From a virus (Duplodnaviria; Caudoviricetes), in IMG/VR virus record IMGVR_UViG_3300014775_000389, positions 1-33,420 of that record: a DNA stretch of 33,420 bases. One strand, given 5' to 3'. Positions 27,749-33,420 of the stretch are shown here, piece after piece. Below the pieces are notes generated by a model that saw only the letters and a list, made by a program, of their open reading frames with translations, had not been told where the DNA came from and did no database searches. A program made the translations under genes and the position numbers. How positions within the stretch are numbered: the first letter of the stretch is position 1; each line of letters begins with the position of its first letter.

Positions 27749-28672
27749 GACGATGGTCTGGTTAAGAGCAGTGAACTTAAGCCTAGCAACATAAGTCCCT
27801 GTCAGTGACCCCAGGTTACCACTCAGAAGTTCAGCGTGAGTTCTCAGGTCATCAGTATTAAAGTTGAAGACCACTGTGTTCTCTGAGGTAACATCCATCA
27901 GACCTGAAGTGTCTGAATAACCCGAGACCTCAACCCTAGCCGGGAGATTTCTGTCTTGGTTCTTCTTGTAGATTTCAAGCATCGGATCCATGATGAGAGT
28001 CTGCTTGAAAAGATTGATGATGCTACGGTCAATGTTAGCATTCTCAAGGGTGAACTCATTCGTAAACTTCAGGTCAACCTTAGAGCCGAGAACCAAGAAG
28101 TTGTTCTCCAGTCTAGTAGACACGCGGAACAGTAACGGCTCGGTGACGCCAAAGAATCTGTCTTCATTGAGCGTAAACTCATTAACGATTGTATCAAGCT
28201 CTGACCCAGCGGCTCTCTTGAGTGTCCAAACATCAATGTAGTCTCCTGTAGTAGAGACGTTATTGGCTATGACGTTTTCACCAGAAAGGTTGAACACCCC
28301 ACTAGGTAAGATACCTTGAGTGTTAAGAACACAAGCATACTTACCTGTACCAATCTTGTAAATGCCAGAGCAGTCCGGTGGATCCTGAGTAGGGTTGTAG
28401 TTTGAAGCGTCAAACGAGCTATGAGAAGTGTTTGCGCTAGGGTTCGAGAAGTGCATCAGTATCTGACCACTGACATCCTGCTTGATTTCACCACCAGTCC
28501 CAATAACCGAGCTTGGGAACTGGTTGTTAGACGCAGCGAAGATGGATACACCGCTAATCTCGTAAGGATCAGTGTATTGCCCGTCGTTAATAAAGTAAAG
28601 TAAAAGAGCAGTAGGGCCTAACACCGTAGGTCTTTCGTGTCTTGTTGTAACTCGATTCCCATTAATTTGCAT
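27719..28672 (-). CDS. Hypothetical beta-rich protein, probably virion structural (317 aa)
   Basis: Ser/Gly/Thr/Asn-rich with Ig-like strand patterns (GDYIDVW, GTYVARLKF); same strand as the tail genes. Confidence 0.65.
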   Translation of the reverse strand: MQINGNRVTTRHERPTVLGPTALLLYFINDGQYTDPYEISGVSIFAASNNQFPSSVIGTGGEIKQDVSGQILMHFSNPSANTSHSSFDASNYNPTQDPPDCSGIYKIGTGKYACVLNTQGILPSGVFNLSGENVIANNVSTTGDYIDVWTLKRAAGSELDTIVNEFTLNEDRFFGVTEPLLFRVSTRLENNFLVLGSKVDLKFTNEFTLENANIDRSIINLFKQTLIMDPMLEIYKKNQDRNLPARVEVSGYSDTSGLMDVTSENTVVFNFNTDDLRTHAELLSGNLGSLTGTYVARLKFTALNQTIVSNEMAFIIR

Positions 28673-28841
28673 AGCGTTCCTCTAGTCTTTCCATCTCCTC
28701 CGAGTAAAACTTCAAGAAAGACATCCGTTCCTTCTTTGTCATTGTCTTAATATCGGAGTAAGAAAAGCCAACTTTGCTTACTAATATGTAGGCTTGACGC
28801 AGAAGGTCTTCAGATGTTAAAGTTTCTGTTAGCTCACTGAA
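28662..28841 (-). CDS. Start-less 59-codon -1 frame extension of the gp26-like gene (gp51-like / tail chaperone frameshift domain)
   Basis: FSELTETLTSEDLLRQAYILVSKVGFSYSDIKTMTKKERMSFLKFYSEEMERLEERYAN*. The frame opens right after an in-frame TGA at the T8 run and fills the whole apparent gap. Confidence 0.75.
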   Translation of the reverse strand, partial: FSELTETLTSEDLLRQAYILVSKVGFSYSDIKTMTKKERMSFLKFYSEEMERLEERYAN

Positions 28842-29584
28842 AAAAAATCAGAATCTATCGGTACTGCAAGCGTTTCCTTATGCTTGCATTTCCCGCACTT
28901 AAACACGAATCGAGGGTCTATCCCGTAGGGGTTGTTTGTAATCTCCTTGTAAATCTTCTTAACGTCTGCAATCTCCATCAGGTTGATTGCCTTCGAGATG
29001 AAGACTGGATCAGTATTACCATTTATAGACACTATAAATCTATACAGATTCTGATATGAAGTTTCTGTATCAGAGAAGTATCTTTCCTCCCTGTTTCTAG
29101 GAAGTCGGATTACTACGTCTACGCCAAGCTTGGGAAGCTTAATAGTTCGAGGGTCTTCGAAGTCGTCTGGGACTTGAGACATATTGAGTTGTTTGGATAG
29201 CTCAATCTTAGATCTCGACTCATGGTTACAATTACGACACACAATACTAAACTCGTAATCGTCACCGTAAGAAACCTCTCTAAGCTTCATTAAGAGATAA
29301 TTCTTATCCATAAGAAGAATCTCGCTAACGTCGATCCCCTCGACAGTCTTTTCTAGTAGCTCAGTAACGATATCTTTCTCCAGACCTTTTCCTGTAAGGA
29401 TAAGCTGCTCATCTAAGAACTTGAGTGGAGATATCTTAATGCTCTCAAAGTCCGTGTAAAACTTACCTCTGGACGGGAGGTCAGTAATTGTCATACTAGC
29501 ATCTTTAATTTTACCAAAAAGCTCCTCCAGAGCTTTATCCCGCTGGCTGCTAGGATCAGCGGTTAATTTTCTAGCCTCAGACAT
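28829..29584 (-). CDS. T4 gp26/gp51-family baseplate hub / tail assembly chaperone (251 aa)
   Basis: LPSRGKFY, D-x(2)-YLLMKLREVSYG-x(2)-Y, two CxxC pairs (CRNC, CGKC) and a C-terminal DFF; SD AGGTGA upstream. Confidence 0.8.
   Translation of the reverse strand: MSEARKLTADPSSQRDKALEELFGKIKDASMTITDLPSRGKFYTDFESIKISPLKFLDEQLILTGKGLEKDIVTELLEKTVEGIDVSEILLMDKNYLLMKLREVSYGDDYEFSIVCRNCNHESRSKIELSKQLNMSQVPDDFEDPRTIKLPKLGVDVVIRLPRNREERYFSDTETSYQNLYRFIVSINGNTDPVFISKAINLMEIADVKKIYKEITNNPYGIDPRFVFKCGKCKHKETLAVPIDSDFFSVS
28840..28847 (-). promoter_or_regulatory. Candidate -1 ribosomal slippery site (T TTT TTT T)
   Basis: GAT TTT TTT TCA, three codons before the stop of the 251-aa ORF; conforms to X XXY YYZ. 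Confidence 0.65.
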
Positions 29585-29619
29585 AAATCACCTATCATTG
29601 TAATAAACTATTATAGTAT
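29585..29619. promoter_or_regulatory. Compact divergent control region
   Basis: 35-bp AT-rich gap with palindrome ACTAT-T-ATAGT (29607-29617), TATAAT on the minus strand (29610-29615) and TATTAT on the plus strand 5 nt before the helicase ATG. Confidence 0.45.
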
Positions 29620-31005
29620 ATGAAGATAATCATAGGGAACTTAATGAGCACACTGGAGACAGATAATCCTGAGGTGTTGAGGGCCTTGAACGACAAGTAT
29701 GCGTTCTCTGTCCCTGGTTATCAATACTCCCCAGCTTACCGCAGTAGAAGGTGGGATGGTAAGAAAAGATACTTCTCATCTGCTGGTAAGTTTAGAACAG
29801 GTCTGCTTGGGCGCATATCAAAAGATCTTGATGCTATCGGTGCTAAGGACATTGAGTGGGAGAATAAGATTGAAGAGCAGGAACCCTACATTCCCTCAGT
29901 CGGTAATTTCCAGTATCGTGAGTATCAAGAGAAAGCAATATATCAATGCCTAAAGCGTCGTAGAGCAATCGTAGACAGCCCTACTGGATCAGGCAAGACT
30001 CTAATCATGGCTGGTTGTATAGCTGCCCTGCAACATGACAAGGACATTACGGCAGTTGTGTTATTCCGAGAAAAGGGTATCCTCAACCAGACCTACGAGT
30101 TCTTCAAGAAGTGTGGCATCAGGGATCTAGGATACAACTCAGGAGAGGGCTACATTCCCGGTAAGGTAATGTTATCCACAGTTCAAAGTATTGAGCGTAT
30201 AATTGACACGCACCTGCACGAGACAGAACTCCTCATGGTTGACGAAGCTCACCAGTTCTGCAAGGGAGAAACCACCATAGCAGCCGTTGAGAGCTTCCCT
30301 AACGCCTCCTACAGGCTCGCATTTACTGCTACCCCTCCCAGGGAGAACTCAAAGGATATCAACGCTAGGATGGTCCTAGAGGGCGCATTCGGCCCTGTAT
30401 ACACCACACGCACAGCAGAGGATCTGATTAAGGATGGTGCCCTAGCAAAGCCAATCATTCAAGTTGTAGATAATACAGCCGTGTCAGCGGTCCCTGAAGA
30501 TCTCTCCTACCTTGAGATATACGACGAGTATATTGTAAACTGCGACCGACGTAATGACAAGATTAAGACAATTGTATCAAAGGTTTACCAGTCCAACCCT
30601 AAAGCTAAGATTCTAATCCTGGTGAAGAACCTGCAACATATTGAAAATCTGCAAACTAGAATTAGTAACTGCTATACAATTGAAGGCAAGGACGACATTG
30701 ATAGTAGATACGATATCATCAATGAGTTTGTAAACGATGATAAGCCAGCTACAATCATTGGCACCACGGTTATGCAAACTGGTATCAGTATTGACGAGAT
30801 CAGTCACATGATCAACGCTAGAGGATTGTCTGGGGAAGTCCCAACACTACAAGGCTTAGGTCGTGGTATTCGTAAAGCAGAAGGCAAGGATACTATGTAT
30901 TTCTATGACTTCTATGACAGAATGCCTTACTTGGAGAATCACTCCAGGCAAAGGATAAATCACTACAAGAGATTAAAATTTGAGGTACACAATGTCCGAT
31001 TCTGA
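29620..31005 (+). CDS. Superfamily 2 DNA helicase, UvsW-like (461 aa)
   Basis: WDGK N-terminal motif, REYQ (Q motif), SPTGSGKT, DEAH, TATP, TGISI and QGLGRGIRK. Confidence 0.92.
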   Translation: MKIIIGNLMSTLETDNPEVLRALNDKYAFSVPGYQYSPAYRSRRWDGKKRYFSSAGKFRTGLLGRISKDLDAIGAKDIEWENKIEEQEPYIPSVGNFQYREYQEKAIYQCLKRRRAIVDSPTGSGKTLIMAGCIAALQHDKDITAVVLFREKGILNQTYEFFKKCGIRDLGYNSGEGYIPGKVMLSTVQSIERIIDTHLHETELLMVDEAHQFCKGETTIAAVESFPNASYRLAFTATPPRENSKDINARMVLEGAFGPVYTTRTAEDLIKDGALAKPIIQVVDNTAVSAVPEDLSYLEIYDEYIVNCDRRNDKIKTIVSKVYQSNPKAKILILVKNLQHIENLQTRISNCYTIEGKDDIDSRYDIINEFVNDDKPATIIGTTVMQTGISIDEISHMINARGLSGEVPTLQGLGRGIRKAEGKDTMYFYDFYDRMPYLENHSRQRINHYKRLKFEVHNVRF

Positions 31006-31237
31006 AATAATTACAAAACAAGCACAAGTTGATACTATTAATAAGATTACAAAAGATCAACAAAACATGATTGAATCCTGCATGGATATGCTGAAGGTAA
31101 TCAAGAATGATAAAAAAATAACTGAGGCAACTCTACGCAACTTGACGAGCGTAATGAGAGAGTTGGATTCCTTGCGTGAGTTGTTTTACAATCGCATGTT
31201 CAATTCTCTCAAGCGTGGTGATATGCTTCTGGGTTAG
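30992..31237 (+). CDS. Small helical hypothetical protein (81 aa, start revised to MSDSEII)
   Basis: GAGGT 5 nt before the ATG at 30992; overlaps the helicase end by 14 nt; amphipathic helices. Confidence 0.7.
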   Translation: MSDSEIITKQAQVDTINKITKDQQNMIESCMDMLKVIKNDKKITEATLRNLTSVMRELDSLRELFYNRMFNSLKRGDMLLG

Positions 31238-33348
31238 GGTGTAAAGTCACTAAAATCTTTAATGTGACCTTCACCTCTATCGACAGAGGTGCTGATTACT
31301 TTAATATCATGCCAATCTACATACATCTTACCACCCGCAGTCGCCGCACCATTGTTCCATATTTTATATAAGAACCCTGTATTGTCTATTCTGTTAGGTA
31401 AGTTAGTTGTATGGGTTGCAACTGAACTACCATCAATATAGAACTCTGCTTTAGACCAATCTTCGTTACACATTATTTGAAGAACTGATAAGGTGTAACT
31501 CGATAAGGCAACTCCAGTATCTGTTTCTGTATTGCCAAACTGTCCAGTTGTCCTAGCAATCCAATTACCTCCACCATGCCCACAGTAGAAGTAAACACCA
31601 TAGCCTGGAAGGTTGTAGTCTGTTGCACTGTTAGCAACCCCTATAACACCACTGTAAGTGGCACCAGCAACGCTAGCACTCTGCATACACGCTCTAGTCG
31701 CAAATGACCACGCCTGACCACTAGCATACAATGTATCGTTATTAGTATACATGGAAGCTCGTGCGCTGCTGTTGGAGTTAACACCTAAGCTTATAATACC
31801 AGCAACATCCTGATATTGATTAAGCATAGTACTGTCACCACCAATTGACCCTCCTGTGCCAAACCCTTGAAGCCAACCGTTCTGATAGACCTGTGAGGCT
31901 AGATAATCAGAAGTCCAGGTAAAGTTAGTTGGTCTACCTTGCCCTAAACGAGTAACCTCAATATCTTTAGTAGTAATCTCATTGTTGACTGTAAGAGCCG
32001 ACATGGACCTCGTACCAGCAGATAAGACATATTGAGTGTGGTCGTCGTCTCCAAGGCCAGAAAGGTTAGTTCCGTGATCAATTTGACCACCTCCTCCAAA
32101 GTCAACTAAATCTAAAGCAGGCACTGCGGACCAACCAGTGCTTTCACCTGTCACATACTCTAATGTCGATCCCTCTGCCGGGGTTCCAAAGAAGTCATTT
32201 CCTAAAAAAGTACCCGCTCCATTCCCTACTTCAATAACACCAAAAGTTGAGTCAGTATTTCTTATAATTATGTCATTATTAGTCGTAGTCCCGGCTAAAT
32301 CAGTGGGTTTAATAGCATTTAAATCAACAGCAGCGGTTACAGAAATGTGACCTAGCTTAGTTTGCTCACCCGTTGTTATATAAGAATTAGTGCTACCCTG
32401 TGGAATATTATCAGTTGTTAACGAAACCTCACCAGTTCCATCAGGTGTTTGACCTTCTACACTTTTGACATAATCTCCAAACAAAGTAGCAGAAGCAATA
32501 CTAGACGTAGCACTCGCAGCCGTTGATATCAGGATATGGTTAGCATCAACGTTTGCAAACTTAGCACTAGCAGATGTTATTGTGGTAGCACCAAGTGTTA
32601 TGGTATTGGGTATATCATTAGATCTACCAACACCTGTAATTTTTGCAACTCCATTAGATGCGTGAGTTTGAGTTACAATTCCTATATTCTGAATTAAATG
32701 GCTAGGGTCAGTGGGCTTTTGATTGGTTACTTCCCCTGGGGTAGTGGGGCTGACATATAACGTATCGCCTTCAGTGTATGTGGGTGACGGTAATGCTAGT
32801 CCTGACGCCCTACCAAACGTAACAGCTAGACCTTCGGTACCTGCTAGTATATTCTCTCGAATGATACCTATAGCGGGCATGGTATCTGCGGAGTCTGCCT
32901 GGGCCAGACCTACCTCAGCAACATTCGCATTGTGAGAGCCTGAGACAAAAACAACAGAACCTTTATCGAGTTGGGATGCAGTGTTATTATAAACTCTAAA
33001 GTATTGAACATCCTCAAACGCATTTACCCAATTCGTACCGTCCCATTCCAAATGCTGGGGTGCTTGCAAATCGGTGAAACTTACTGCACTAAGACTGCTG
33101 AGATAAAGGCTAACATCGCCTGTCTGTTCATTGACACTATCAACAGCACCACCACCGCCCCCACCTGTAGGAGTTCTCGGCTGGTATACACCGTCTGCGG
33201 AGATATATGTTAGGACTTGTCCATCAGATGGCGTATCACCCCCAATATCAGATGCATCGGAGGTTGCAAGTTGAACCTCCGCTAACCCTGAAACATTATC
33301 GTTGGCATCATAATTGATGACCAGGGGATACTTGTTTTTTATTGCCAC
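31234..33348 (-). CDS. Mosaic virion fibre/decoration protein (704 aa, GTG start)
   Basis: Perfect SD TAAGGAGG. Modules include DGQVLTY, VDSVNEQTGDVSL, a cement-like domain (LAQAD...PAIGI...GDTLYVS), GLGDDDHTQY and a C-terminal lectin-like domain (EFYIDG...MYVDW). Confidence 0.75.
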   Translation of the reverse strand: MAIKNKYPLVINYDANDNVSGLAEVQLATSDASDIGGDTPSDGQVLTYISADGVYQPRTPTGGGGGGAVDSVNEQTGDVSLYLSSLSAVSFTDLQAPQHLEWDGTNWVNAFEDVQYFRVYNNTASQLDKGSVVFVSGSHNANVAEVGLAQADSADTMPAIGIIRENILAGTEGLAVTFGRASGLALPSPTYTEGDTLYVSPTTPGEVTNQKPTDPSHLIQNIGIVTQTHASNGVAKITGVGRSNDIPNTITLGATTITSASAKFANVDANHILISTAASATSSIASATLFGDYVKSVEGQTPDGTGEVSLTTDNIPQGSTNSYITTGEQTKLGHISVTAAVDLNAIKPTDLAGTTTNNDIIIRNTDSTFGVIEVGNGAGTFLGNDFFGTPAEGSTLEYVTGESTGWSAVPALDLVDFGGGGQIDHGTNLSGLGDDDHTQYVLSAGTRSMSALTVNNEITTKDIEVTRLGQGRPTNFTWTSDYLASQVYQNGWLQGFGTGGSIGGDSTMLNQYQDVAGIISLGVNSNSSARASMYTNNDTLYASGQAWSFATRACMQSASVAGATYSGVIGVANSATDYNLPGYGVYFYCGHGGGNWIARTTGQFGNTETDTGVALSSYTLSVLQIMCNEDWSKAEFYIDGSSVATHTTNLPNRIDNTGFLYKIWNNGAATAGGKMYVDWHDIKVISTSVDRGEGHIKDFSDFTP

Positions 33349-33360
33349 TAACTAGCCTCC

Positions 33361-33420
33361 TTAGCTGTTGTATTGTTCAGGGTCCATCTCTTCGTCTTCT
33401 TCTTCCTCACCTTCTTCCTC
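33361..33420 (-). CDS. Acidic C-terminus of an upstream gene (partial)
   Basis: EEEGEEEEDEEMDPEQYNS*, with the TAA at 33363-33361 forming part of the next gene's SD. Confidence 0.7.
   Translation of the reverse strand, partial: EEEGEEEEDEEMDPEQYNS

Noticed and set aside
1331-33213. Short (60-110 aa) ORFs nested in or antisense to the long genes
   Set aside because: Fully contained in motif-bearing CDSs, with no RBS or recognisable motifs; expected shadow ORFs.
1-33420. Alternative genetic code, introns, inteins, diversity-generating retroelement, tRNAs
   Set aside because: Genes tile the window in the standard code. No reverse transcriptase, homing endonuclease, intein termini, long near-identical DNA repeats or free intergenic space were seen.

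Overview
Fragment of an uncultured, T4-superfamily-like myophage genome: standard code, about 40% GC, no tRNA, CRISPR or IS seen. Positions 1-25.5 kb are one tightly coupled minus-strand tail/baseplate operon. In transcription order it encodes a hypothetical protein, tape measure, tube-initiator-like protein, LysM/gp53-like wedge, hub, gp5/gpV-like spike, LamG protein, gp25, gp6, gp7/gpI-like wedge, two small baseplate proteins, a beta-helix tailspike-like protein, a second fibre-like protein and a Cys/Pro-rich repeat protein that the ORF track missed. Positions 25.5-33.4 kb switch strand repeatedly and interleave DNA-metabolism genes (Fe-S PD-(D/E)XK nuclease, DnaG-type primase, UvsW-like SF2 helicase) with morphogenesis genes. 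Best signals: (1) a candidate programmed -1 frameshift on a U8 run that would fuse a gp26-like protein to a start-less 59-codon ORF; (2) divergent nuclease and primase genes whose start codons overlap in a single CATG palindrome; (3) a three-copy 8-cysteine repeat protein; (4) a primase whose zinc-finger cysteines appear replaced by Ser; (5) an abrupt ~23% GC island and an unlisted 49-aa membrane peptide. All family calls are by-eye motif and synteny recognition, not database hits.
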